Positions 1 to 13,600 of a stretch of DNA of 64,000 nt are shown one piece after another. The first letter of the stretch is position 1. Every line of letters begins with the position of its first letter. The position numbers and the translations under genes are program-made. The notes under the pieces were generated by a model. It saw only the letters and a list, made by a program, of their open reading frames with translations. It was not told the DNA's origin and searched no databases. This DNA comes from the human T2T-CHM13v2.0 reference genome, Homo sapiens: NCBI RefSeq assembly GCF_009914755.1, contig NC_060933.1; one strand, written 5' to 3'.

Positions 1-1592
1 TTTTGTTGTTATTGTTGTTGTTTTAGTTGTTTTCTGTTTGTTTGCTTTTGTTTTTCCTAACAGTCCTGCCAGTCTTTCATAGGGCTGTTGCAGTTTGCTG
101 GGGATCTGCTCTAAACTCTGGTTGCGTTGATTCTTCCCATACCTGGAGTTATCACCAGTGAATGCTGCAAAACATCAAAGATGGCAGCCTGCCCCTTCTT
201 CTGTCAGCTCTGTCCCATGAGTGTGCTGACCTCTTGCCAGCCAGAACACACCTGTAGGAGCTGGCTAGGGACCCCTGTTACAAGTTCAGAAGGAATGGGA
301 TCACATAAAGGAGCCATCTGGCTGCTATTTGATAGAGCAGCTATGCTGTGTTGGGGATCCCTTCAGCTCCATATTGATTTGGGCTCTCCAAAGCCCACAG
401 ACTGGACTGGCTAAGAATCCAAAATGGCCAAGGAGGCAACTTGCACTGCCCCTCAGGTACCCATCCCAGGGAGAAAGTTGAGCTGTGTTGGACCCACAAA
501 GCATGGGCAGAGTGACCAGAGGCCCTGGCTGGGAGGACCTGGCTGGACAGATCTGCCCTGTGAGAAGGAGTGGATCAGGGTCCCACTTAAAGAAGCTGTC
601 TGGTCATGCTTCAACAAAACATCTATGACATGTTGGGTCATAGTCTGCCCCGTTGGCTTTGACTCTCCAAAGCCCACAGTCTGAAATGGCTGAGTCATCC
701 AACCAGCCCAGGTGTTGGCCCTCCCTTCCCTGTGGCACTCTAGCCCAGGGAGAGATCAGAGCTCTGTCTGTAGTACTACGTGCAGATGGGCATGGCTGGG
801 AGGTCTCGTGCAGTGAGGAGGAATGGATCAGGGGCACGCTTAAAGAAACTGGCCACAATCTGGCAAAGCTGCTGTGCTGTGCTGCTGGGGGGATCCTTGT
901 CCAGACCATTTGGACTTTACAAAGCCCACAGGCTGGAATGGCTGAGTTGACCAAACAGCAGAGATGGCATCTGCCCCTCCTCCCTAGGGCTCTTTCCCAT
1001 CTCAGGAAGGCTCCACCCTGTTGCCAGAGGATGGCTGAAATTTCAAGCCAATAAGGTGCCATAGAAGTGGGGCTCACAGAACTACGCTGCTCAGCTCCCT
1101 GGATTCTGTCCCCTTCCTAGGGTATGTGCGGGCTTCCCACCTTGCTTGAGTTGCAGACACGTTTGTTGTGGATCCCAGGGCCAGAATATGTAAAACTCCT
1201 GTGTCTCTGTGTGAGCATGAGCAGGCTCTGTCAAGACTCCACATAGCTCTGTGTGTCTGACTTCAGGCCCTGGTGGCATGGACTCACCAGGGGATCTCCT
1301 TATCAGCAAGTTGCAAAGATCCATGGGAGAAGCATGGTTTTTTGGGGTTGTGCAAGCACTCACCATTTCCCTTGGCTGGGGGTGGGGATTCCTTTGACTC
1401 CATATCATTCCTTTGTGGGCCATTGCCCCACCCTGCTTTTCTTCATTCTCCATGGGTCAAATTGTTTCCCTGATCAGTCCCAATGTGACTACCTGGATAT
1501 TTCAGTTGAAGGTGCTCTATTCACTTGCTCTTTTTGTTCCTCTTTGTGAATGCTGTGAACTGCAGCCTCTTCTAATCAGCCATCTTTTTGGC
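1..1592 (-). mobile_element. LINE-1 5'UTR of an older primate subfamily (L1PB/L1PA15-16-like); element continues off the left edge
   Basis: Reverse complement near 1565-1592 reads GCCAAAAAGATGGCTGATTAGAAGAGG, resembling the L1 5' terminus with the YY1 motif AAGATGGC. GC-richer than flanks, with internal ~250-280 bp repeats anchored by AAAGCCCACAG at 390, 669 and 921. Confidence 0.8.
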
Positions 1593-1706
1593 TATATATT
1601 TTAAGCGATTAAAAAATATATTTATACCATGGGATAAAAAGAAAAAAACAATTAGGATTTATACATGTTTAGAGTTAGAGAGAGCTTCCTGTGTCAGTGT
1701 AGTCTG

Positions 1707-2480
1707 TGAGGACTAAGCTCTGATTTTTTTTTTTTTTATCTTGCCCACATTTCTATCTAAGGGGTCTGGGAGTCATGCCCTACAAACCATAAATTCTCAT
1801 CAGATGGGTTTTACATAAGCCTATATGTTGTGACTTGTTTTCCAACCTAACTCTGGAATAACATTATGAGACAAGGAAGAAAATCAAAATTTTTACCCCA
1901 AAACGTGTTTCTTTGCCACATCTTGAAATGGCCCTACAAAGCTGTCCTTTGTGGGGGAAAATTTTTATCTATAAAGAATCTTTATTAACATAACTAGATC
2001 CTTTTCTTCTAGGCCCTCCCAATCCTAAAGAGATTAACTAAAAGTCTAGCGCCTTTTAAAGATTTAAATAGGAAACAATTTGTCATCTATTGTCTCTAAG
2101 GGCAGAAACTATGAGACTTCAAAAGAACCTTGGTCTCCACAATTTTTTATCTTAACCTAAACATTTCCTTCATATCAATCCCAGGTCTTTAGACAAACTC
2201 AACCAATTGTCAACCAGAAAATGCTTGAATTTACCCATAGCCTGGAAGCCCCCACTTTGAGTTGTCCTGCTTTTCTGGGCCAAACCATTGTATTTCTTAA
2301 GTGTATTTGATTGATGTCTCATGCCTCCCTAAAATGTATAAAACCAAGGTGCACCCCAACCACCTTGGGCATATGTTCTCAGGACTTACTGAGATCTGTG
2401 TCACGGGCTGTGATCACTCATATTTGGCTCAGAATAAATCTCTTCAAATATTTTACAGAGTTTAACTCTTTTTGTTGACA
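1707..2480 (+). mobile_element. ERV1 solo LTR, MER4 family (MER4E-like)
   Basis: TG...CA termini (TGAGGACTAAGCTCTG...GTTGACA), perfect 4-bp TSD TCTG (1703-1706, 2481-2484), AATAAA at ~2433, typical MER4 3' end CTCATATTTGGCTCAGAATAAATCTCTTCAAATATTTTACAGAG. Confidence 0.88.
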
Positions 2481-2593
2481 TCTGCCATATTGTTTTATGG
2501 ACCTGGGGTAGACTTATCATGTGTCCTCTCTTTTTATTTTCCAAAGCAACAGTCAATTTTCTAAATACATTACATGATACACTCATTTCATCT

Positions 2594-3000
2594 TGACACC
2601 AGCCCAATTGTCCCATAGAACTGATGTTCATGGTTTATTTCCCATCAGCCCTTCCAGATAGTACCAACCAGCAAAAACTTACCAGATCACTGCATCTGGA
2701 CAATGAGATGCCAGACCTCTTACCCACCATGATTTCCTTTTTCACCACCCGCTTCCTGTTGAACAACTCCTCTTCTTTACCCCTCCCTAATTCCTGTTTA
2801 CCCACATGTAATTACATTTCTTCCCCACTATGTAAATCCCTAACTTGGTCAGCTAGACGGATGTGAGACTCATCTCCCATGTCCACAGCTGCAGCACCCA
2901 ATTAAACTCTTCTTCCCTGACAACATGTGTTGTCTCAGTGATTGGCTTTCTGTGTGGTAAGCAGCAGAATCTAGACTGAATCCTTGGTGTTTTGGTAACA
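2594..3000 (+). mobile_element. ERV1 solo LTR, MER39-like, probably internally deleted
   Basis: Starts TGACACCAGCCCAATTGTCCCATAGAACTGATG, ends GTCTCAGTGATTGGCTTTCTGTG...GGTAACA; near-TSD ATCT/GTCT. Confidence 0.7.
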
Positions 3001-4692
3001 GTCTTCTCAATAACTCTATAAACTGGATCCTACAATTGCTTTTGTTCTCCTTTTTCATTATATTAAGAAACTGATAGAGCATTTTTTGATTTATTAAAAG
3101 GCCCCCACATTGAAACCACATTAAAGGAACCTCTGACAAGTGGCTGTAATCTAGGTGCTCTGGTATTTCTTTGATACTTTGGCATTTCTTTGGAAGATCT
3201 GGTGATGAAAAGTTACATTACCAATTGTATTATTTGGAATCCTGGTGAACAGGGAAACAAAGTAGCGAGCATTCACAGAAGAAATATTTGTCTTTTTCTG
3301 TCCCAGAATTCCCAACAAAGTCCTATCTGGAAACTACATTTAGAATACAAAAACTCATCCCACATTACCATTGTTTATCAACACCATTTATGTAACTACT
3401 CCTTATGTCTTAACTTTCTCCTTCCATTCCAGAACAAGGCTAGTTTACTTTTCATAACCTAAATGCTCATCAAAGCAGTTTTCTAAAAAGAGGAGTATTT
3501 GTTTCCTCTTCAAACTGCAGTTGTCACATTTCTTACCTAGCATCAGAGAACTCAACACCAACTGCAGCCATCAAGAATGTAGAAATGTCTTCATTTGCTT
3601 TTACATTTGCCTTTTCCCTCTTCTCCCACATATAGCTATTTTTATATTCCAATAGTCATTTCTATTGGAGTGTGCAGCAGTGGTTGTGAGATGTGTATGT
3701 TTCAGTTTTCATCGTATGCAGAATTCTCAAGTCTACCTCTTTGAACTGCCGTTTCACTACCACAGGCAGCTTTTCTTGGAAATCTGACAATCTGCAAAAT
3801 ATACCTTGCCTTGAAGTTCATGAACAAAACTTTATTGATCACTTAGTCTCTCATTCTCCAAATCTAGGAAATCATTTAGCTCTTTCATAGATGTCTATAT
3901 ACTTGAATGAATATTTGCATACCTATTCATGTATATATAATATATTTTTTCAATCTTTACAAAGGATTCTTAGAGGGCAGTTTTTGTGTCTTATTGATAT
4001 TTTTATTCTCTCTACCCCGTATTGCTTGGTGAATAAATGGATGGGTGAATGAATGAATATTACCTGAAGCCATTCTGCCATTTTGGCCTCATTTGTTCAA
4101 AAGGTTTTGTGCTTGAAATGCTTTCCCCCTCAATAACCTCTTTAAATAACTGCCCATCTTTCAAAATCAGTGCAAAGATTTTCTTCTATATTTGCAATTC
4201 CCTAACTTGACTGAGCATAAAAGTTATAAAAGTTTCTTGTGAAAAAAAAAATAAATCCTCAGGTCCTCGTGAAGGTACCAAATCAGAACATCCAAGGAAA
4301 TACAAGGATTTTGTATTTTTAGTAAGCACTCTAGATGAGTCTCGTGATCAGGCATGTTGGGGAAATGTTGAATTGCAGGATATCTCCTATAAACTCTGCT
4401 AAGTAATAGTCTTTCCCATTGTTTTGTAACTTCTTCAGAATGCTTTTAAAATTCTGCCTTAAAATACATATTTTTGTGTAAAGTCTAACTGTACTATAAA
4501 ACCATATACCCTTGAGAGTTAGAAACTTGCTTTGCCCAAATTTTGAATTCATCATAGTAGAGCACAGTAGTGCTTTGCAAATAATAAATGTTTGTTGGGT
4601 TGAGGCATTACATATACTCTGCACAATCACGGCTTCACATTCAAATAGGTGAGAGAGCTGCAACTTGCTTTAAAGAAAAGTTTGAAATAGAG

Positions 4693-4762
4693 TTTCTTTC
4701 TTTCCTTCTTTCTCTTCCTTTCTTTCTTTTTCTTTCGGTCTTTCTTTCTTTCTTTCTCCTTT
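4693..4762. repeat. CT-rich low-complexity tract ((TTTC)n-like) adjoining an Alu tail
   Basis: Directly visible pyrimidine run. Confidence 0.8.
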
Positions 4763-4774
4763 ATTGATTAATTA

Positions 4775-5103
<329 letters not shown>

Positions 5104-5774
5104 TAAAATGGATTCCAATGACATTTTGTTATAAAAATGGAAATGCCTAGTATATTTAGTAATGTTTTCTAATCTTAAATCATTATTTACATTTTTTCTT
5201 GACTGCTAATGGTTTTCTATTAATAATCAAGAGACATCCAATTATGAATTTCCACCTCTCCTAATATCTTAATTAAATAACTGATTGCTGAGAATAGATT
5301 AAAAAGATAAAATGAGGAAATAATTGAAGAGATTAAGAAGCAAGTGCAGGTTGAGAAAAAATGGATTTTTTAAGGGACTGTAGTTGACACCTAGCAAATG
5401 AAACATACTGTTAACTAAATGCAAAGCATAACATCCGTCAGGATGGCCAGACAAGCAGAACCACAGCAGCACACTGAAAATGCAAAGGAACAGGATCTTC
5501 AAACAAGAACTCCTCTCAAAAAGTTCACTGGCAATTTAGAGCAGTCTATTTTGACAATGCAGAAAAAAACAAAGGGAACCCCATGACAGGTATGTTAACA
5601 CCACAGTGTGCAGATATGGACTCCTATGATGATAAGTCCAGGCTACGTTTTTAAAATGGTGAGAGTGATTCATAAGGCTGAGGTTATACTTTTTTTAAGT
5701 TTTTAAACTTATATTTTAGGTTTCTAAACATCATTTCTGTTTCTTTTTATTTATGGACATTTCAAACTTATAGA

Positions 5775-5930
5775 AGAGCAATGTAGCATAGTAGTTAAAA
5801 ACCTAAATTCTGGGGACCTTCCACAAGTTGCTCAGTCTGTCTGTCCCTCACTTTTCCCTCTGTAAAAGAATGATGTCAATAATAACTAATGTATAGGGTT
5901 CTTGTAAGAATTAAATGTGTTAAGATGCTT
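5775..5930 (+). mobile_element. MIR SINE remnant
   Basis: Core motifs CCTCACTTTTCCCTCTGTAAAAG and ATAGGGTTCTTGTAAGAATTAAATG. Confidence 0.7.
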
Positions 5931-6078
5931 ACTCCCAGAATATAAGGACTCAGCAAGCGATACCAATTAGTAGTAGCAGCTACAAGCAATTAAAGACTAA
6001 TGCATCAAGATGACTTAAGTGTACATAATAGAAAACGGTAACTATCTAGCTTAAAGCAATAGGAAATTTAGTCTCACT

Positions 6079-6590
6079 TGTGATAGGCAGCATAATGGCT
6101 TCCCAAAGGTGTCTGTGTTTTAATCCTAGGAACTATGGATTTGTTACTTACATGGCAAAGAAGAATTAAGGTTACAGATGGAATTAAGGTTGCTAATCAG
6201 CTGGCCTTGAGATGATGATATTATCCTTGATTATCCAGATAGGACCAATATAATTACAAGGATATTTTTAAGTAAAAAAGAAAGCAGGTGAGTAGGAGTC
6301 AAAGAGAAGTGTAAATGGAAGTATAGGTTGGAGTGATGTGATTGCTGACTTTGAAGTTTAAAAGAGGACAATGAGCCAAAGAACATGAACAGACTCTCAA
6401 AATTGAAAAAGGTGAGAAAACAGATTATCTTCTAAAACCTTTAGAAATTGATATAGGCTTGCTAACACCTTGATTTCAGTCCATTAAAACCCATTTTGGA
6501 GTTCTGATTTCCAGAACTGTATGATAAGTTTTTGTTGTGTTAAACCACTGAATTTGTGGTAATTTGTTACAACAGCAATAGGAAACTATA
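6079..6590 (+). mobile_element. MaLR solo LTR, MLT1D-like
   Basis: TGTGATAGGCAGCATAATGGC start, GGAATTAAGGTTGCTAATCAGCTG motif, GTGGTAATTTGTTACAACAGCAATAGGAAACT end, 5-bp TSD TCACT (6074-6078, 6591-6595). Confidence 0.85.
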
Positions 6591-7049
6591 TCACTCAATA
6601 ACAGAGTCCAAGATAATGAGTCTCACAAATTGCTTTATCCAGCAGCTCAACAACATCATTAATAACTCACATTTCTTGCATCTTTTCCTTTGCCATCATC
6701 AGTGTATGGCAAGCACCCCTGACAACGTGAAATCACTTCACCAGCTTCCAAATTCCGGCCAACATTGTAAACATACGCAGCAATATCTAAAGAAAAATAG
6801 ATTATATGTCTTTTTATATCTGTTTGATGTTTGACATTCTACATTATTTTTGGTATCTTTTCCAAAAAGATTTATTAATCTTTATTTTATTAAATATATC
6901 AGTCTTTTTATTTGTGGTTAGCACCTTATTTTGGTCTTATTTAGACTTTTCTGCTACTAAGATTCTTTCTCTCAAAACTGTCAATGTCTTCTTTGGTAAT
7001 ATTTTAAAACCAAAGTGGATTTAACTTTATTTAGGGCATAAGGAACAAG

Positions 7050-7860
7050 TCAAACTTTAAAATACATTTTCTAACTTTTTAACTTACCCATTTCACGTAT
7101 GTATCACTTCTTGGGCTCTCAAGTCTCCTGCTTAGATCAAATGATTTATTTCTTCATATTCTACATGATTTTCATTGCTGTTACATTGTAAAAAAATTCT
7201 TGTATATGGTAGGGCAATTTCCTTCTACTACTTCTTTTTAAGAGTTGTGACACAATTCATTCCAAATGTATTTTAAAATTAATTTGTCATGCTCTATAAA
7301 TTATCTTGTTGGTTTGTATTATGCTTGCAGATTAATTTGGAAAGTTCTTTATCTTTATGATATTTAGTTTTTGATCTGGGAAGATATCTGTCTCCACTTA
7401 CTTAAAACCAGTTTTACCTTATATCATTCAAAAAATGTTTATAGTTTTTTTCATAATTTTGTCACATTTATTTGTAGGTGCTGTATGATTCTTGTTGCAA
7501 CCTGTTTTAAGTTTTTGAATTGCTTTTATTTACATATTTATTTTAGTTTAGATTGATCATTGCAAGAATATGAGAAGATCGCTGATATTTGTATCTGGTA
7601 AACTTGATTTATCTATTTAATTCTAAAACAAATTTCTTAAATTTTCTATGAAACCAATGACAAGTTTTTATTTATCTTTTATCTATATTATTACTATGTC
7701 TTTTATGAACTTATTATTTTGGTTATACTTCGGTAGAAATATTAAGGGTAACAGTAGAACATTTGTCTTGGTGTTGATTATAAGGGCAATTCTATAATTT
7801 CCCTATTAAGTGTGTTAGTTCCTCTTTTTGTTAACATCCATTAAAAGTTTAAGGAAGTTC
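7050..7860 (-). mobile_element. Ancient LINE-1 (L1M) ORF2 remnant, highly diverged
   Basis: T-rich sequence with degenerate antisense L1 ORF2 motifs such as TTGCAGATTAATTTGGAAAG and TTTCCCTATTAAGTGTGTTAG; boundaries approximate. Confidence 0.45.
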
Positions 7861-7881
7861 ATTTTTCAAGGATTTGTATTC

Positions 7882-7920
7882 GTGTGTGTGTGTGTGTGTG
7901 TGTCTCTGTGTGTCTCTGTG
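7882..7920. repeat. (TG)n microsatellite with TCTC interruptions
   Basis: Directly visible. Confidence 0.9.
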
Positions 7921-8619
7921 GTTCCTGATCAGTCTTGATCAAAATAAATTACTTTCTATTATATTGCCAAATTTTAGCTTGTAAGCTCAATTTTGAACAA
8001 TGTTTATTTTGAAAATTTCTCCAGAAAGTTTTTATATCTGTTTTTTTCAGGTGCCTCAGATAGGAACTACTTTTACATTAATTTTCCATGTCAAAAAAGT
8101 AATGTAAATTCAATCCCAAAACTCACATGAGGCAGACCTAAAGCTGGAATTCTCAAAAAAAATTTTAATTTTTAATTCAGATCTCAGGCATAGGCTTAGA
8201 AACTTCTCTAAGGTCTTCATTTGCAAAAGGATAGATTTTAAGTAGTCTACTTTTCAATAGAAGCTATAGTCTTTTAAAAGTACCATATTTAGTTCTATAC
8301 CTCAGTTCTAACTCTATGAATTTGTATACCTCATACTTTAACCTCTGTCTCTGGATGGTTAAACCTCAGCACTGTTTGTTATTGATATTAATAAGTACCC
8401 CAGGAAATGAAAACATAATATTCTTACCATATTGGGTTTCTGTTTGTTTTTTTTTCTCTGTGGATTCTCAATTTTTAAGTAAACTGGGCATCTTAATTGA
8501 TGTTCGTTACATTTTAAAAACATATTCAGTGTTTTGAAGCAAGTAATTTTTCAATGCATGTAATTCAACATATTGCCAGAAATGAAAGCCCTATCTCTAG
8601 ATTTCTATTTATTTCGATT

Positions 8620-9520
8620 ACAGACATATTTAGGCTTCTTTTCTTCTTTTTAATTTTTCACCATGCTTTTGTATTGTCTTTTTATTTTGCTACTTATTAA
8701 AATTGAGCTCTTTAAATCCCTTCTTACACGTTACCTGTTTGCTTTACTGAGTTTACTCTTTTTCCACCCTTTACTACTTTGAAATTTATTTTTATTATAT
8801 CTGTTATTTTAGTGCTTGCCCATAAATTTTGACAATGCATGTTTATCTTAATAAACTCTAAGATTAATCAGTATTTCAATTTTTCTTCCCAAGCTATATG
8901 ATGTTATAAAAGATTTAAAATATATATGCATTGTTTTTAAATACATCAGTTCCAAGGCATTTTTAAAATCTCCAATAACAATTTTTTTTTCATGTCAACT
9001 CTCATTTAGATTCATCAGCATGCTTTACTGATTTCTTTGCTCATCATCTTTTGGGATCCTACTTTTTCCTTAAGTTTCACGTTTGATTGTATTGAGGAAT
9101 ATCCTTTACACTGGGCTGAGTTTGCAACTAGTAAACACTCTTAGTCTTTACATCTCTAACACTGTCCTGCTTTCAACCTCATTTTCAATGGTTTGTTTAC
9201 TTGGAAATGGAATTTTGATATGGTTATTTTATCCTAAGCACTGAAGATAATAATTTTTGGCAGTAGAATCTGGGTGGGTGTGCTTCTAGAGCCTATTTTA
9301 GCCACTGAAAATCTGCTATTTGCCTGACTTTTATGCTTCTGTAAATAATGTCTTTTCTCTTTTACTAGTTTGTTTTAATATCTCCCCTCTATCTTTGATT
9401 ATGTGCAATTCAATTACAATGTAAGTATGTGTAGATTAGTTTTCACTTATCCAGCTCCAGACTTGATGTTTTGTTTTTATTTTTGGAGTTTGAGGATTTT
9501 ATTTATTATTTTTTATGTTT
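8620..9520 (-). mobile_element. Ancient LINE-1 (L1M) ORF1/spacer remnant
   Basis: Degenerate antisense ORF1-like motifs (GCCACTGAAAATCTGCTATTTGCCTGA, TTTGCAACTAGTAAACACTCTTAGTC); boundaries approximate. Confidence 0.4.
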
Positions 9521-12500
9521 TATTGACTGTTAGTTGATTACAGAAACAGTAAATTACTATTGGAGTCCAGCATGTCTTGAGTTTTCACGATTTCTTTGTG
9601 GGGCAATATTGAATTTGCCTTTGAAAGGTCTTTGGGTTTAACCATGTCAAACCTGAATGTCTATGTATTTTGCATTAGGCACCATAGGAAAAATAGACAG
9701 CACCTACAGGCTGTGAATTGTAGACGCTACAAAACCACACTGCTATAGTGAAGGAGCACGCTACTCCCTGTATAGTGTTCTTAAGCCACTACAACACCTT
9801 TTAATAAATGAAGAGGGAGCATCTATTCATTTTCTGCTCCAATAAGGGAAGCATCTTACAATCGTGAAGAAGATGTAATTCCTAGAAACCTGCTGTAACT
9901 GAGATAGTTACTACTTTAGCCACATCCTCACTAGAGGGAAACTGCTCAGAGATCTGTGTTTGAGCTACCTAGGATAATTGTTCCCTGGGGAGGCATTTAC
10001 ATTTCTTTGATCTCCACAGTACCAGGACAAGCAGGAGAGAGCAGTTGCCTAATAGGTCTATACCTACCCAGTTTAAAATGTCCAACTGTCTTACCTAAGT
10101 GATTATCAGACCTAATCCCACCATGCCTGACCCCTCATCAGCACCAGAAACCAGTTATTCACCTAAAACTTATCCCCTTAATGTTATTTTTATTCATTTG
10201 TCCTACTTATTTTCCCCCATTAGAATCCATAGTCAATAAAAGCAAATCCCTAGATCTTCAAATTGTTCAAATTTTTGCCCCTTGTAAAATCTACCTTTTC
10301 CATGATGTCATCTTTCCCCTGCAGTCTGTCCTTCCACCAAGTTCCAGATAGGAGCTCTTTTGACCCACCATTACCACTTTGAAATGGTGTCTGCCTTGAT
10401 CTTCAAATACCCCAACTTTTTTGACAAGTATGTCGTTAAGTCTGTTTCCCACTCTCTCCATATTGCTATAATCTATCAGCCTTCCCTTTCCTCTATCAGT
10501 AACTTCCTTTCATTCATGGATGAGTTAAGCACCTGATTTAATATATTTCTGTTCATGTCCTTTCCAGCGTATATTCATAGTGGCATCCATAACCATCCGA
10601 TACATTTACCTCAGTTCCTTAGTCTCCTTACAGCCACACTCCTGAGTTCATGGTCCTTCCCTTTCTCATAAGCAATAACTGCTACATCTTTGTAATCTTC
10701 TGTATCTTTGAAATCTTCTGTGGCAGAAAATTTTATAAAAACATTGGGGATAAAAAGAAACTATTTCCACTCTCATACAATACTGGTCAGTATAAATTAA
10801 TACAGATTTGCAGCACTGTGCATGTAATAGGATCTCAACAAGTCCTTACAGCTCCTCATGGTAACGTGATACCTCAGAAAGAACTTTCAATATGCCAACA
10901 GAGGATAGTTATCTCAGTCAAATTACAAAGCAGGAAGCAAACTTAAGAGCAATAACAAGTCCACTTTGTATTAGAGTTGAAGCAATGCCTCAATTTCTAA
11001 TATAAAGCTGAGGACAAATCACTCTTATCAAGTGTGATTTATTTTGGGTAGTTACTATGAAAGTTACATTCTTAAGTTCTGAATGCTTATAGTCTTAAAT
11101 CTATTAAAATATATGAACAATCCTACTTGCACTGAGTTCAAAATTTTTATTTCAAATAGAGATGGCTACTAAATTAATTCCATATAATAAAAATAAGGAA
11201 GAAGAAAAGATTAAGAGAAAGAAGAGAATAAGTAGAGCAATGGGGAGGTGAGAGGGGAGGGGAATAAGAGAGGGGGTGCAGAGGCAGAGGAAGGCCACAG
11301 TGATTGGAAAGCTTCAAGGCTGTGTCCTCATGTTCTCCAATGTCACATAGCAAGTAAGTGGCAAAGTTGGACTGAAACCCACTTTTGTCTACTAGAATAA
11401 TAGCTTTAAGATCTATACTGCTAATCAAGTTTAGTTTTTAATTCCTTGGCTCTAAATTCTTTTTATAGAGGCTTGAAATTCACTGCAAATATTTCCAGGT
11501 AAACAGTTTGGATCAGGTTCAACCAGTTTTAACAAAAGCAAAGCTGAGGCCATTTATGCTTATTTGTACATAGAAATATATAAAGCTTAGTTATGATTCA
11601 TATAAAACTAAAATATGGCTCACTGTAAAAAATCAACCATATTCTTTCTCATTATATTTTATTATTGTTTTATATGAATTCACTATTTGAATATTTTAGA
11701 TCAGTACACATATTAAATGGTGGCAAAATGTTTTGCTTTTTATATATTCTGAACAATCATTAATAACCTTTCCTTGAAAATAGTTCTGCTTGCCATTCTA
11801 ATAAATTTGATGAAATTTACCTTTATTACGATCTAATTTTTGGCCCATCTGAAATTTTGTAAATAAAAACCGGCACTTTTAAAGTCTATTGTTTGCTCAT
11901 TAACAACACTGATTTATAAGTTTACAAAAGGTTTTAGCTACTAGACAAGCAGAATATATGGTTCTTTGTGAGTATTTTTCTCTTTTTGGCAATTCCTAAG
12001 TACATGTTTGGGTCAAATATACCTAAAACCAAAATAAATATCAATGGCAATGTTAAGGGAGTCAAAATTAAAGAGAGATAATTTTTTAAAATTTTGTACC
12101 TATTTGAAGTTCAATATTCAGGTTCGATTTCTAGTTTACATACTACAAACTTAACACAGAATTTTGTTTCAGCAAAGCTGAGTTTTGAATGAGCTCTAGT
12201 TTTATTCCCGTAATGCAATAGCCTGGAATGAGCCTTCCTCTCCCATGTATATTTGTCCAGTGCAATTTTTGCTTTGACCCTTTCCCTGGACCAAATCTGC
12301 CATATAGATATATTTAGTTTGGCTTATATAGTATTTTTGAAATTAGAAATGTCATTTAAAAAAATAGAATATACGATTTTCTTGAAAATTGTGAAAGTCC
12401 TAGCAATAATGATCTAACATTGTACCATGGCAAAATCTGGCAAGAACAGTGGTCTTTGCTTTTTTTCTTAACATTCTTTTTCATCATCACCCCTCCTTAT

Positions 12501-12990
12501 CGCATGAAACTGTAATACTACATATAGATGTATATTTGTTGTATGTATATCAAGGCTTTATATGTTAATATAGTAAGATTTTCTTCCTCATACCCTCCAA
12601 GAACCAATATTTATCCCTTGGTGTTGATATAAGCTGGGTTGAGAATGAATGCTTTAGACAACAATGCTTGTGCTTTGTAGCATCTCACGGTCTCCACCAC
12701 TACCTAACTTAACTCCTTTTTAACTGTTCCACTTATTGATATCATCTGTCTGTTTCTTGGTAAGGTTTTGCGCTTGAGACTTCTGTTTTAAGTGTTCAAA
12801 ACTGGCTACTGACATTAGATACGCATGAATTTTAACTGCTGCATTATCACAGCCTTGTACCTTATATTTGTTGTGTAATGTATAAGTTGAATAAGATAGC
12901 TTAATCAATTTTTGAGGGAATTTAATAAAATAATATGAATAAAGTACTGGGGGATATATCATGCACATTGCAGTTCTCAACTCATATTAA

Positions 12991-13600
12991 GAAGGACATG
13001 AACAGACACTTCTCAAAAGAAGACATTTATGCAGCCAAAAAACACATGAAAAAATGCTCATCATCACTGGCCATCAGAGAAATGCAAATCAAAACCACAA
13101 TGAGATACCATCTCACACCAGTTAGAATGGCAGTCATTAAAAAGTCAGGAAACAACAGGTGCTGGAGAGGATGTGGAGAAATAGGAACACTTTTACACTG
13201 TTGGTGGGACTGTAAACTAGTTCAACCATTGTGGAAGTCAGTGTGGCGATTCCTCAGGGATCTAGAACTAGAAATACCATTTGACCCAGCCATCCCATTA
13301 CTGGGTATATACCCAAAGGACTATAAATCATGCTGCTATAAGGACACATGCACACATATATTTATTGCAGCACTATTCACAATAGCGAAGACTTGGAACC
13401 AACCCAAATGTCCAACAATGATAGACTGGATTAAGAAAATGTGGCACATATACACCATGGAATACTATGCAGCCATAAAAAATGATGAGTTCATGTCCTT
13501 TGTAGGGACATGGATGAAATTGGAAATCATCATTCTCAGTAAACTATCACAAGGACAAAAAACCAAACACCACATGTTCTCACTCATAGGTGGGAATTGA
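12991..13600 (+). pseudogene. LINE-1 ORF2p C-terminal fragment (CCHC zinc-knuckle region), open frame but not a functional gene
   Basis: ORF 12935-13600 translates [26 protein letters not shown]...[20 protein letters not shown]...MFSLIGGN*, matching the ORF2p C-terminus. Confidence 0.9.

Noticed and set aside
127-1604. Cluster of 60-157 aa ORFs on both strands
   Set aside because: They lie in the GC-richer L1 5'UTR, overlap each other and show no recognisable protein motifs; chance ORFs.
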